A stretch of DNA of 39,179 bases from NCBI GenBank assembly GCA_937981455.1, contig CALJNV010000128.1, positions 1 to 39,179 of the forward strand. The letters run 5' to 3'. Both the position numbers and the translations under genes were made by a program. The number at the start of each line of letters is the position of its first letter. Within the stretch, counting starts at the first letter, position 1. This DNA is from an uncultured Bacteroidales bacterium (GTDB taxonomy: Bacteria > Bacteroidota > Bacteroidia > Bacteroidales > TTA-H9). Below, in pieces: positions 9,641-18,992 of this stretch. The notes under the pieces are model-generated. The model was not told the origin of the DNA. It ran no database searches and saw nothing but the letters and a program-made list of their open reading frames with translations.

Positions 9641-9976
9641 ATTTACTGTATCGTATGCCGTCAAAGTTACATTGTAAAGCCTGGGCTTGGAAATGGGACG
9701 GGGATAGTCTTTAACTGGATTTTTTGCAGTGCTGGTCGTTCCATCTCCAAAATCCCAAAGGTAGGTATCTGCATTTTGAGAAGTGTTGATGAATGAGGCT
9801 CTCACTACATTGTTAAGGGGGGTTAACGAATAATCAAAACTGGCAATAGGTGTAAAAATATTGGGGTCAGGCCCGGGATCATTTCTCTTACTGCATGATG
9901 CTAAAACCATTTGAAATGTTAACAACAACACAAGTCCTTTGCCGGGCAATGAAGGATGTGTTCTTGTTTTTTTCAT
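9596..9976 (-). CDS. Small PKD-domain lipoprotein
   Basis: MKKTRTHPSLPGKGLVLLLTFQMVLASCSKRND has a signal peptide and lipobox LASC. The PKD hallmark is FINTSQNADTYLWDFGDGTTS...YNVTLTAYD. Start set to ATG 9976 because a TAATTTTG box at 10001-10008 lies inside the longer ORF 9596..10075. Confidence 0.75.
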   Translation of the reverse strand: MKKTRTHPSLPGKGLVLLLTFQMVLASCSKRNDPGPDPNIFTPIASFDYSLTPLNNVVRASFINTSQNADTYLWDFGDGTTSTAKNPVKDYPRPISKPRLYNVTLTAYDTVNKTINRKSKTLQIDP

Positions 9977-10000
9977 AAGCTTCGTGTTTTTGGTGTTGTG

Positions 10001-10008
10001 CAAAATTA
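10001..10008 (-). promoter_or_regulatory. -7 box TAATTTTG (PKD lipoprotein gene)
   Basis: Exact TAnnTTTG on the minus strand, 24 nt upstream of ATG 9976. Confidence 0.45.
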
Positions 10009-10112
10009 AAAAGTCTGTACTTGAAATGAAGCTTTTTATTCGGCAGGTGTAACCGTTGTTTCTTTTTTTTGTCAAAAAAACCTACCCCATTGATTCAAAC
10101 TTCCAAACAACT

Positions 10113-11429
10113 ATGAAAACACTTCACTGTTTTTTGATAATACTAGTTTTTACAGCCTTAACGAATGTTGTAGGTGCACAAAATACAGCGCGGCTTGATT
10201 CTTTTTTGCTTTTACTTGATAAACATAATAAAGCTATGGGCTGCTTAAAAATTGAGCAAAAAGAAAAGATTTATGAGCGCTGCATCGGACTATCTAATAT
10301 AAGCCGGCATCATTCGAATGAAGTCTACACTTTGTTTAGAATAGGATCGGTAAGCAAGACTTTTACGGCTGTAATTGTTCTTCGGTTGATGGAGGAAGGT
10401 AAATTGTCATTGAGCGATAAACTTGCAACCTGGTGCCCCGATATTGAAAATGCCGATAAGATTACCATTGAGCACCTTCTCCGACATCGTTCGGGGATTT
10501 ATAATTATACTGATACCTCGGAATATGAGCAATACTACAAGGACCCCGCATCGTCCGGAGAAATGTTGGCTCGCATAAAGCGGTATGGGATTTTATTTCA
10601 GCCGGGCGAACGCATGCAATATTCAAATAGCAACTATTTTTTACTGGCTTATATCGCCGAAAAAGCAACCGGAAAAGAGTATTCTCGACTGCTGGAAGAA
10701 ATGATTTTAAAGCCTTGCGGCTTAAAAAACACCAGGGAAGGCAGTGTGGCAGATACATCCAGTGGTTGGGCCTTATCTTACCGCTGGATGAGTGGATGGG
10801 TAGTCGAACCTTCAACTGACTTGAGTGTGTCAAGAGGTGCAGGTAGCCTAGTCTCTACGCCCTCTGATCTGGTGTCTTTTACAAAGTATTTAATAAACAG
10901 TAAACTCATATCACATTCAAGCCTTCAGCAAATGATGACCATGCAGGATGGCTATGGGTTGGGTGTTATGAAATACCCTTTTTACGATAAAGTTGTATAT
11001 GGCCACGCTGGGGGTATAGATGCTTTTCGGGCTTTTGTAGGTTTCTTGCCCTCCGATAGTATATCTATAGCCTTATGCAGCAATGGCATGGCTTTTTCTA
11101 TGAATGAAATTTTGATAGGGGTGCTAAGTATTTGGTATAGGCTACCTTATACGTTTCCCAAGTTTAATTCTGTGGCATTCGAAACCAACACTTTAAAAAA
11201 TTTTGAGGGTGTTTACGTGAGTAATCAGTTCCCTTTAGAAATAAAAATTTGGGTGGAGAATAATCAATTAATGGCTCGGGCCACAGGACAATCGGCATTT
11301 CCACTTGAAGCAGTCTCCCCGTCTGAATTTCAATTCGCGCCGGCTGATATTCATATAGTCTTTAAAAACAACAATTTGGAATTCGTCTTGCGCCAAAGAG
11401 GAATGGAATTGATTTTTAAACGCAAATAG
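10113..11429 (+). CDS. Secreted serine hydrolase, beta-lactamase / family VIII esterase fold
   Basis: Signal peptide MKTLHCFLIILVFTALTNVVGAQ, then SxxK (GSVSKTF), YxN (QYSNSNY) and HxG (GHAGGIDAF) motifs in the expected order. Confidence 0.85.
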   Translation: MKTLHCFLIILVFTALTNVVGAQNTARLDSFLLLLDKHNKAMGCLKIEQKEKIYERCIGLSNISRHHSNEVYTLFRIGSVSKTFTAVIVLRLMEEGKLSLSDKLATWCPDIENADKITIEHLLRHRSGIYNYTDTSEYEQYYKDPASSGEMLARIKRYGILFQPGERMQYSNSNYFLLAYIAEKATGKEYSRLLEEMILKPCGLKNTREGSVADTSSGWALSYRWMSGWVVEPSTDLSVSRGAGSLVSTPSDLVSFTKYLINSKLISHSSLQQMMTMQDGYGLGVMKYPFYDKVVYGHAGGIDAFRAFVGFLPSDSISIALCSNGMAFSMNEILIGVLSIWYRLPYTFPKFNSVAFETNTLKNFEGVYVSNQFPLEIKIWVENNQLMARATGQSAFPLEAVSPSEFQFAPADIHIVFKNNNLEFVLRQRGMELIFKRK

Positions 11430-11645
11430 TTTAAAAATAGACGCAAGGCTATAAATACCATCCATGCCTTTGGGCTTTCGTAGGTTTCATGGGCACAATA
11501 TTGTGTCAATGAGAATCCAGCTCATGGTATGATTTGATGTCTAAAGTCCAAGAAATCATCATAAAGCCTTTGAGAGGAAATGGATATTTTGGGTATTGGA
11601 TTAAATACTTCTTTCAAGATCTGCATCCCTTACTTTTAAAGGGCT

Positions 11646-11653
11646 TAATTTTG
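11646..11653 (+). promoter_or_regulatory. -7 box TAATTTTG (helicase gene)
   Basis: Exact TAnnTTTG, 13 nt upstream of ATG 11667. This implies a very short leader. Confidence 0.4.
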
Positions 11654-11666
11654 CAAGTTCATAAAA

Positions 11667-13988
11667 ATGCAAATAAAATCTGTGGATCCCATTCTTAGTC
11701 AACTCAATGATGCCCAACGTGAGGCGGTAAAAAATATCGATGGTCCGGTGATGGTAATAGCAGGAGCGGGCTCCGGAAAAACCCGGGTACTCACCTATCG
11801 CATTGCCTATATGATTTCACAGGGCATCGATCCCTTTAACATCTTGGCTCTCACTTTTACCAATAAAGCAGCCCGTGAAATGAAGGAACGTATGCTTCGA
11901 TTGGTAAATAACCGGGAAGCAGTTAATGTATGGATGGGAACTTTTCATTCCATTTTTGCTCGAGTGTTAAGAGTAGAGGGACGTTTTCTAGGCTATGAAT
12001 CTAATTTTGCCATATACGACAACGAAGACTCCAAGCGATTACTTAAGGATATTGTCAAAAACATAAATTTAGACCCCAAAGTATATACCCCCTCGTGGTT
12101 GCTCCACCGCATATCTTCAGCTAAGTCTTCATTGATCAGTGCCGATGAATATGTAAGTAGCGAGGAGCTTGCTACCGAAGATCGGAAGGCCCAGCGTCCA
12201 GAGGCTGGTCGCATATACAAAATTTATCAGGAGCGGCTTTTTCAATCGCAGGCCATGGACTTCGACGATTTGCTTTTCAATATGCATCGTATATTAAAAG
12301 ATTTTCCTGAAATCCTTTACAAATATCAGGAGCGCTTTCGCTACATTCTGGTGGATGAATATCAAGACACTAATTATGCTCAATATCTAATTTTGAAGCA
12401 ATTGGCTGCTCGTTACGAAAATATCTGTGTGGTAGGCGACGATGCCCAAAGTATTTATGCCTTTCGTGGAGCAAATATTCGCAACATCCTAAATTTTAAA
12501 AACGATTATCCAGATTACAAGCTCTATAAGTTAGAACAGAATTACCGCTCCACCCGAATCATCGTGGAGGCTGCCAATGGTGTAATAGCTCAAAACAAAG
12601 AACAAATTTTTAAAAAAGTCTGGACAGAGAACGAGGAAGGAGAGAAAATCAGACTTCTTAAAGCTACCAGCGACAACGAAGAAGGACAATTGATCGCCAA
12701 CACTATTTTTGAGCTTAAAATGAACCTTCAACTCAACAATAATGCGTTTGCAGTGCTATATCGGACCAATGCGCAATCGCGCGCTATAGAAGAAGCTCTG
12801 CGAAAGGCCAATATACCTTACCGCATTTACGGTGGTCTTTCGTTTTACAAGCGCAAGGAAGTTAAAGATTTAGTAGCTTATTTTCGTTTGGTAGTAAACC
12901 CATTGGACAGTGATGCGCTGAAGCGTGTCATTAATTATCCGTCCCGTGGAATAGGGGATACCACCATGGACAAGGCCGAAAGAGTCAGTCTCGAACACGA
13001 GGTGCCCTTGTGGGAAGTTGTTTCAAATCCTGATCGTTATCTGAGCGACATTAGAGGCAACACCCGGGCCCGAATAGATGCATTTGTAAACCTTATTTTG
13101 AAGTTTCATCATCAGGTGAAAACCCGCAATGCTTACGATTTGGCCAAAGATATTACACAGGCCTCTGGAATCTTGAAAGAACTCGAAGAAGACAAAACTC
13201 CTGAAGGTATTGCACGTGTCGATAACATAGAAGAATTGCTCAATGCCGTTAGCGATTTTGCCGAAAACGACCAGGTGATACCGGGAATTGACGAGGACGA
13301 TAGTGTGGGTTTGCGTACACTTGATGTGTTTTTACAGGATATAGCCCTTCTAACTGATGCCGACGAAAAAGATGATGGTTCCCCAAAGGTGGCCCTCATG
13401 ACTATTCATGCAGCCAAAGGATTGGAGTTTCCTTATGTATTTGTTTCGGGAATGGAGGAAAATTTATTTCCTAATATTCAGTCGCTTAATAGTCGCAGTG
13501 AATTGGAAGAAGAAAGACGCTTGTTTTATGTAGCTATAACACGTGCTCAAAAACGGGTGTTTTTAAGTTACGCTCTTTCAAGGTATGTGCATGGACAATT
13601 AAACTTTTGCGAACCAAGTCGTTTTCTTGAAGAAATTGATGAACAATTTATTGAAATACCCCGCAAGGTAAAAATGGGACGTGATGAACCTGCTCAACGT
13701 TTTGTATCTTCATTGCAGAGCAAACCCACTGAAAAAAAAATTTGGTCTTCTACCGATCCCTCCAAATTGAAAAAAATGAACAATGCCCTATCTGCTACAG
13801 GAGCTCCGGGAAGCGACGAACTGATTCGTAACCTTCAGGTGGGTATGCAGGTGAGTCATGAACGATTTGGAGAGGGTAAAGTGCTTAGCCTTGAAGGAGA
13901 AGGAGCTAATCGCAAGGCAACCATTTTCTTCCCGGGTGTAGGCCAAAAGCAACTTTTGCTTAAATTTGCAAAGCTGAAAATCATTTAA
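11667..13988 (+). CDS. uvrD: UvrD/PcrA/Rep-type ATP-dependent DNA helicase (SF1)
   Basis: 773 aa with Walker A AGAGSGKTRVLTYR, motif II VDEYQDTN, motifs VLYRTNAQSR, TIHAAKGLEF and YVAITRA, and a C-terminal Tudor-like tail (HERFGEGKV). Confidence 0.9.
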   Translation: MQIKSVDPILSQLNDAQREAVKNIDGPVMVIAGAGSGKTRVLTYRIAYMISQGIDPFNILALTFTNKAAREMKERMLRLVNNREAVNVWMGTFHSIFARVLRVEGRFLGYESNFAIYDNEDSKRLLKDIVKNINLDPKVYTPSWLLHRISSAKSSLISADEYVSSEELATEDRKAQRPEAGRIYKIYQERLFQSQAMDFDDLLFNMHRILKDFPEILYKYQERFRYILVDEYQDTNYAQYLILKQLAARYENICVVGDDAQSIYAFRGANIRNILNFKNDYPDYKLYKLEQNYRSTRIIVEAANGVIAQNKEQIFKKVWTENEEGEKIRLLKATSDNEEGQLIANTIFELKMNLQLNNNAFAVLYRTNAQSRAIEEALRKANIPYRIYGGLSFYKRKEVKDLVAYFRLVVNPLDSDALKRVINYPSRGIGDTTMDKAERVSLEHEVPLWEVVSNPDRYLSDIRGNTRARIDAFVNLILKFHHQVKTRNAYDLAKDITQASGILKELEEDKTPEGIARVDNIEELLNAVSDFAENDQVIPGIDEDDSVGLRTLDVFLQDIALLTDADEKDDGSPKVALMTIHAAKGLEFPYVFVSGMEENLFPNIQSLNSRSELEEERRLFYVAITRAQKRVFLSYALSRYVHGQLNFCEPSRFLEEIDEQFIEIPRKVKMGRDEPAQRFVSSLQSKPTEKKIWSSTDPSKLKKMNNALSATGAPGSDELIRNLQVGMQVSHERFGEGKVLSLEGEGANRKATIFFPGVGQKQLLLKFAKLKII

Positions 13989-14082
13989 TTACCATTACCA
14001 TTTTGATATTTCCTTTTTCCCAGGATGGCAAAATGGAGGACCAAGTTTTAATAATTAACTGTATTTCATAGAGGTTACTATC

Positions 14083-14724
14083 ATGGAGAATAAAGAATTG
14101 CGTTTAGAATATAACTCAACTAGGGCCCCATTGAAGATGGCCGAATATGGTCGCAACATTCAGAAAATGGTTGAGTATTTGTTAACCATACCCGACAAAG
14201 CAGAACGGACTAAAGCCGCCTATGCACTCGTAAAAAGTATGGAAATTGTTGCGCCTGAGCAGAAAGATTTTCAGGATTTGCGGCGAAAGCTTTGGGATCA
14301 TCTTTACATAATTTCCGATTTTAAACTCGATGTAGATGGTCCTTACCCTCCCCCTTTGCGCGAAGAGGTTGAGCTCAAGCCTCAGCCTTTACAATATTCG
14401 AACAATCATATCCGGTATAGGCATTATGGTCGCAATTTGCAGAAAATGATTGAATACGTGGCTGGCCTGCCTCTCGATCATCCCGATCGTCAAGCCATGA
14501 TACGTACCCTGGGCAACAACCTGAAAATGTCATACCTGGCTTGGAACCGCGAAACAGTCACCGACGATGTAATTGACCAACAATTACAGGAACTTTCAGA
14601 GGGGCGAATAAGTTTGGGGGACATTGCCTTATCGCCTACTTCTGAGCTTCTTCAGATAGTAAGGCAAAAACAGAAAATGCAGCCTGATGTCAGGGCCAGT
14701 AAAAAGAAAAAGAAAAAGAAATAA
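14083..14724 (+). CDS. DUF4290 family protein with internal duplication and poly-Lys tail
   Basis: 213 aa. EYGRNIQKMVEYL near the N-terminus is typical of DUF4290, which sits upstream of murA in Bacteroidota. The motif recurs as HYGRNLQKMIEYV. The protein ends in SKKKKKKK, and its stop is 3 nt before the murA ATG. Confidence 0.75.
   Translation: MENKELRLEYNSTRAPLKMAEYGRNIQKMVEYLLTIPDKAERTKAAYALVKSMEIVAPEQKDFQDLRRKLWDHLYIISDFKLDVDGPYPPPLREEVELKPQPLQYSNNHIRYRHYGRNLQKMIEYVAGLPLDHPDRQAMIRTLGNNLKMSYLAWNRETVTDDVIDQQLQELSEGRISLGDIALSPTSELLQIVRQKQKMQPDVRASKKKKKKK
14701..14721 (+). repeat. Simple repeat (AAAAAG)x3 plus AAA encoding seven C-terminal lysines
   Basis: Direct reading: aaa aag aaa aag aaa aag aaa taa at the 3' end of the DUF4290 gene. 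Confidence 0.95.
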
Positions 14725-14727
14725 ATA

Positions 14728-16047
14728 ATGCAAGCTAACCAGCGCGAAGCCTTTGTAATACAAGGAGGAATTCCCTTGGGCGGAGAAATTGTACCTCAAG
14801 GAGCTAAAAACGAAGCCCTTCAGATACTGTGCGCTACATTGCTTACCCCAGAAGAGGTGACGGTTCATAATGTACCCGACATCCTCGATGTAAATCGCCT
14901 CATCGAATTATTGGTGGGTTTGGGAGTCGAAGTTAAGAAGGTAGGAGATCATGCCTGGACTTTTCGGGCCGCTTCGGTGGATTTAGGGTACATGCGCAGC
15001 GATGATTACCACAAAAAGGCTCGTTCGCTAAGAGGAAGCATGATGTTGGTAGGCCCTATGCTGGCACGTTATGGTAAGGCTTATCCCCCTCGACCTGGAG
15101 GCGATAAGATTGGTCGCCGCAGGGTAGATACCCATTTTTTGGGGTTTCAACATTTGGGAGCACGGCTCACCCAAGAAGAAGATACAGGCTTGATTTGTAT
15201 TAAAGCCAATAATTTGCGGGGCTGCTACATGCTTCTTGATGAAGCTTCTGTAACAGGTACAGCGAATGTTATTATGGCTGCCGTATTGGCCAAAGGAACA
15301 ACTACCATTTTTAATGCCGCTTGCGAGCCTTACGTCGTGCAGTTATGCCATATGCTTAACCGAATGGGGGCGCGTATCAGTGGAGTGGGCTCCAATCTCC
15401 TTACCATAGAAGGCGTAGATTCTTTGGGCGGAACCACCCATACCCTTATGCCTGACATGATTGAGGTGGGAAGCTTCATGGGCCTGGCGGCTATGACCCA
15501 ATCCAATGTGAGAATAAAAAATACAGATTATCATTCTTTAGGGATTATTCCACAAGTATTTCGTCGTCTGGGTGTAGAAAGTTATGCCCAAGACGGCGAC
15601 ATCATAGTTCCAGCCAAGGAGCATTACCAAATTGAAACATTTCTCGATGGTAGCATAATGACCGTAGCCGATGCCCCCTGGCCGGGTTTTACCCCCGACC
15701 TTATTAGTATTGCCCTGGTTACGGCTATTCAAGCCCGTGGTAGTGTTCTTGTTCACCAAAAAATGTTTGAAAGCAGACTTTTCTTTGTTGACCGACTTAT
15801 TGAAATGGGTGCACGCATCATCCTCTGCGACCCACACCGGGCCACTGTTATCGGCCTCGATAGAGAATATCCTTTGCGCGGTATTCGGATGAGTTCACCC
15901 GACATCAGAGCGGGTGTAGCTCTACTTATTGCAGCACTGAGTGCCCAAGGAGAAAGCGTTATCGAGAACATTGAGCAGATTGATCGGGGCTACGAAAACA
16001 TCGACAGGCGACTTCAGCGCCTGGGGGCTCGCATCCAAAGAATTTGA
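14728..16047 (+). CDS. murA: UDP-N-acetylglucosamine 1-carboxyvinyltransferase
   Basis: 439 aa with MurA hallmarks (GAKNEALQILCATLLT, PGGDKIGRRRVDTHF, ASVTGTANVIMAAVLAKG, DRGYENIDRRLQRLGA). Asp126 sits where E. coli MurA has Cys115. Confidence 0.93.
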   Translation: MQANQREAFVIQGGIPLGGEIVPQGAKNEALQILCATLLTPEEVTVHNVPDILDVNRLIELLVGLGVEVKKVGDHAWTFRAASVDLGYMRSDDYHKKARSLRGSMMLVGPMLARYGKAYPPRPGGDKIGRRRVDTHFLGFQHLGARLTQEEDTGLICIKANNLRGCYMLLDEASVTGTANVIMAAVLAKGTTTIFNAACEPYVVQLCHMLNRMGARISGVGSNLLTIEGVDSLGGTTHTLMPDMIEVGSFMGLAAMTQSNVRIKNTDYHSLGIIPQVFRRLGVESYAQDGDIIVPAKEHYQIETFLDGSIMTVADAPWPGFTPDLISIALVTAIQARGSVLVHQKMFESRLFFVDRLIEMGARIILCDPHRATVIGLDREYPLRGIRMSSPDIRAGVALLIAALSAQGESVIENIEQIDRGYENIDRRLQRLGARIQRI

Positions 16048-16110
16048 TTTCCACGCATTCTGCCATTTTGGCTTAAAAATCGCAAGGCATTATTTTTGTA
16101 TTGACAGGCA

Positions 16111-16140
16111 GGTTGCTCATGCAACCCCTTGTTTTTATTA
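16111..16140 (+). terminator. Weak candidate intrinsic terminator after murA
   Basis: GGTTGC-tcat-GCAACC hairpin (16111-16126) followed by ccttgtttttatt. The stem is only 6 bp. Confidence 0.3.
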
Positions 16141-16166
16141 TGTACTATATTTAAATTGTGTTTGTT

Positions 16167-16856
16167 ATGCAGGACGAAACCTTAAAAAATACCTCCGACG
16201 ATTTCTTGAATGAAAGTGCTTCAACCCAGGAAAAGTCCGTCAACGAAAATGTGTCGGCCTTTGTCGAAACGCAATCTTCAGAAAATGCTGAGGTAGATAA
16301 TTCTCAAAAATTAGCTCGTAAGCGAAAGAAAAGCAGGGGATTTTTTTCAAAAAAAGAAAAAGAAGAGCAAGTGAAAGAGTTGGAAAACAAAGTCAAAGAA
16401 CTGGTGGAAACCACGCAAAAACAACAGGAAGAAATCAATGAATGGAAAGATAAATTTCTTCGATTATTTTCAGAGTTCGATAATTTTAAAAAGCGGAATG
16501 CCCGCGAGCGCATAGAGCTGACTCGGACAGCCTCGGCCGATATTATCAGAAAATTGCTGCCTGTGCTCGACGATTTAGAACGGGCCCTTAAATCAGCCGG
16601 GGATGATCCTGCATTGGCACCCTACCGCCAGGGGGTTGAACTTATTTTAAATAAAATGTTTGGTATACTTGAAAAAGAAGGCTTAAAGCCTATAGAGGCC
16701 AAAGGTCAGCTTTTCGACACAGATTATCATGAAGCACTTACCAATATTCCTGCCCCCTCTGAAGATTTGAAGGGCAAGGTCATCGACGAGGTGGAAAAAG
16801 GATATGTGCTTCATGATAAGGTAATAAGGTATGCCAAGGTAGTTGTTGGTAGTTAA
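16167..16856 (+). CDS. grpE: Nucleotide exchange factor GrpE
   Basis: Acidic/Lys-rich N-terminus and coiled coil, then KDKFLRLFSEFDNFKKRNARE and C-terminal GYVLHDKVIRYAKVVV. ATG 16167 is preferred over GTG 16158. Confidence 0.9.
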   Translation: MQDETLKNTSDDFLNESASTQEKSVNENVSAFVETQSSENAEVDNSQKLARKRKKSRGFFSKKEKEEQVKELENKVKELVETTQKQQEEINEWKDKFLRLFSEFDNFKKRNARERIELTRTASADIIRKLLPVLDDLERALKSAGDDPALAPYRQGVELILNKMFGILEKEGLKPIEAKGQLFDTDYHEALTNIPAPSEDLKGKVIDEVEKGYVLHDKVIRYAKVVVGS

Positions 16857-16885
16857 AATATTAAAAGAAAGGAAGATTTGCAACC

Positions 16886-18037
16886 ATGGCCAAACGTGAC
16901 TATTACGAAATATTGGAAATTCCTCGTACGGCAACCGAAGAAGAAATTAAAAAGGCGTATAGGCAAAAGGCCTTAAAATACCATCCTGACCGCAATCCAG
17001 GAGACAAAGAAGCCGAGGAAAGGTTTAAGGAGGCAGCCGAGGCTTACGAGGTACTCAGTGATCCTGAAAAGCGCAGGCGCTACGACCAGTTTGGGCATGC
17101 CGGTGTAGGCGGTGCCTCCGGGGGTGGTTTCGGCGGTGGAATGAGCATGGACGATATTTTTGCCAATTTTGGTGATATCTTCGAGTCTTTTGGATTTGGT
17201 GGTTTTGGTGGGAATACCCGTAGCCGCTCTCGAAGGGTCAATCGTGGAACCAACCTCAGGGTGAAGGTGGGTCTTACCCTTGAGGAAATTGCCAAAGGGG
17301 CTCATAAAAAATTGAAGCTCAATAAGTATGTTGTATGCGACGCCTGTCACGGTTCAGGTGCTCGTATGGGTAGTGGACATAATACCTGTCCTACTTGCCG
17401 CGGAACAGGGCAAGTTACACAGGTTACCAATACTTTTTTAGGGCGCATGCAGACCACCAGCACTTGCCCTCAGTGTGGTGGAGAAGGTCGTATTATTGCC
17501 GATAAATGTCCGAAATGCTACGGCGATGGCATCGTAAAAGGGGAAGAAATTGTTGAGGTGGATATTCCGGCTGGAGTTGCCGAAGGTATGACCCTTAGCC
17601 TCAGTGGAAAAGGGAATGCAGGTCCCCGAGGAGGTATTCCGGGCGATCTTCTAATCGTTGTGGAAGAAATTGCGCATCCCTTCTTCCAGCGAGAAGGAAA
17701 TCATCTTCTTTATGAACATTATTTGAGTATTCCAGAAGCTATACTGGGTACACAGGTAGAGATACCCACCCTGGAAGGCAAGGCAAGAATTAAGATTGAA
17801 CCGGGAACACAGCCCGGCAAAATCCTTCGCCTCAAAGGCAAAGGTCTGCCTGATGTAAATGGTTATGCTCGAGGCGATCTTCTGGTTACTCTTAACGTGT
17901 GGATTCCTAAAAATCTATCCTCAAGTGAAGCCGAAATGATTTCGAGACTACAAAATTCTGAAAATTTCAAACCTGCTCCCGGCAAAAAGGAAAAGACTTT
18001 TTTTCACCGAATGAGAGAATTTTTTGGTAAAGAATAA
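16886..18037 (+). CDS. dnaJ: Molecular chaperone DnaJ
   Basis: J domain (DYYEILEI...[10 protein letters not shown]), G/F-rich linker and four CxxCxGxG zinc motifs ([32 protein letters not shown]). Confidence 0.95.
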   Translation: MAKRDYYEILEIPRTATEEEIKKAYRQKALKYHPDRNPGDKEAEERFKEAAEAYEVLSDPEKRRRYDQFGHAGVGGASGGGFGGGMSMDDIFANFGDIFESFGFGGFGGNTRSRSRRVNRGTNLRVKVGLTLEEIAKGAHKKLKLNKYVVCDACHGSGARMGSGHNTCPTCRGTGQVTQVTNTFLGRMQTTSTCPQCGGEGRIIADKCPKCYGDGIVKGEEIVEVDIPAGVAEGMTLSLSGKGNAGPRGGIPGDLLIVVEEIAHPFFQREGNHLLYEHYLSIPEAILGTQVEIPTLEGKARIKIEPGTQPGKILRLKGKGLPDVNGYARGDLLVTLNVWIPKNLSSSEAEMISRLQNSENFKPAPGKKEKTFFHRMREFFGKE

Positions 18038-18050
18038 ATAACTCCTTTAC

Positions 18051-18992
18051 ATGTCAATATTATCCATTAAAGAAGTCAGTAAGCGCTATGGTCAATTTCA
18101 GGCACTTGACAATGTAAATCTTGAAATCCAGCGGGGAAGCATATTTGGCTTATTAGGCCCCAATGGCGCTGGCAAAACCACCCTCATCCGAATCATTAAT
18201 AAAATTATTGCTCCGGATGAGGGTAATGTATTTTATGAAGGTCAGCCTCTTTCGAGCAGGTTTATTTCTCAAATGGGTTATTTGCCCGAAGAAAGGGGCT
18301 TGTATAAAAAAATGAAAGCCGGCGAACAGGCGCTTTATCTCGCCCGCCTCAAAGGCCTCTCGAACGATGGAGCACTCAAAGAACTTAAATTTTGGTTTAC
18401 TCGTTTTCAGATACAGGATTGGTGGAACCGGAAAGTAGAAGAACTCTCCAAGGGTATGCAACAAAAACTGCAATTTATTGTAACCGTTGTGCATAAACCC
18501 CGTCTTCTAATCCTCGATGAACCCTTTAGTGGCTTCGATCCTATAAATACTGATTTAATTAAAAAAGAGATTCTCAGGCTCAAGAGTGAAGGAACTACGA
18601 TTGTTCTCTCAACACACGATATGGGCTCCGTTGAAGAATTATGCGATAATATTGCCCTTATCAACCAGGCAAAAGTTGTTCTACAGGGTGCAGTGCATGA
18701 GATTAGGTCAGGTTATAGTAAGAATCTTTTTGAGGTAAGTGTGCAGCGCGAATTGGAAACCCAGGAATTGTCGACAATGAACAAGGACAGTTTTGAATTG
18801 ATAAATATAACCCATCAAAATGGGCATTATATCTATACTTTTGCCCTCGGAGCAGCACATAGTCCTAATCAGCTTCTTCAACGAATAATGCCATATACCG
18901 AAATCCTCGAATTTCGGGAGAAATTGCCATCGATGCATGATATTTTCGTATCTGCCGTTAAGCAACAATCACTCAACACTATCATTCCATGA
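18051..18992 (+). CDS. ABC transporter ATP-binding protein (ABC-2 / NatA-like)
   Basis: Walker A GPNGAGKTT, signature LSKGMQQK, Walker B LLILDEP and H-loop STHDM. 4-nt overlap with the downstream permease gene. Confidence 0.9.
   Translation: MSILSIKEVSKRYGQFQALDNVNLEIQRGSIFGLLGPNGAGKTTLIRIINKIIAPDEGNVFYEGQPLSSRFISQMGYLPEERGLYKKMKAGEQALYLARLKGLSNDGALKELKFWFTRFQIQDWWNRKVEELSKGMQQKLQFIVTVVHKPRLLILDEPFSGFDPINTDLIKKEILRLKSEGTTIVLSTHDMGSVEELCDNIALINQAKVVLQGAVHEIRSGYSKNLFEVSVQRELETQELSTMNKDSFELINITHQNGHYIYTFALGAAHSPNQLLQRIMPYTEILEFREKLPSMHDIFVSAVKQQSLNTIIP

Noticed and set aside
16048-16166. Heat-shock control elements upstream of grpE-dnaJ (CIRCE, sigma-32-like TTGACA-N18-CCCCTTGT at 16101-16132)
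   Set aside because: There is no TTAGCACTC-N9-GAGTGCTAA-like inverted repeat. The sigma-32-like match is partial, overlaps the candidate murA terminator hairpin, and RpoH is not expected in this phylum.
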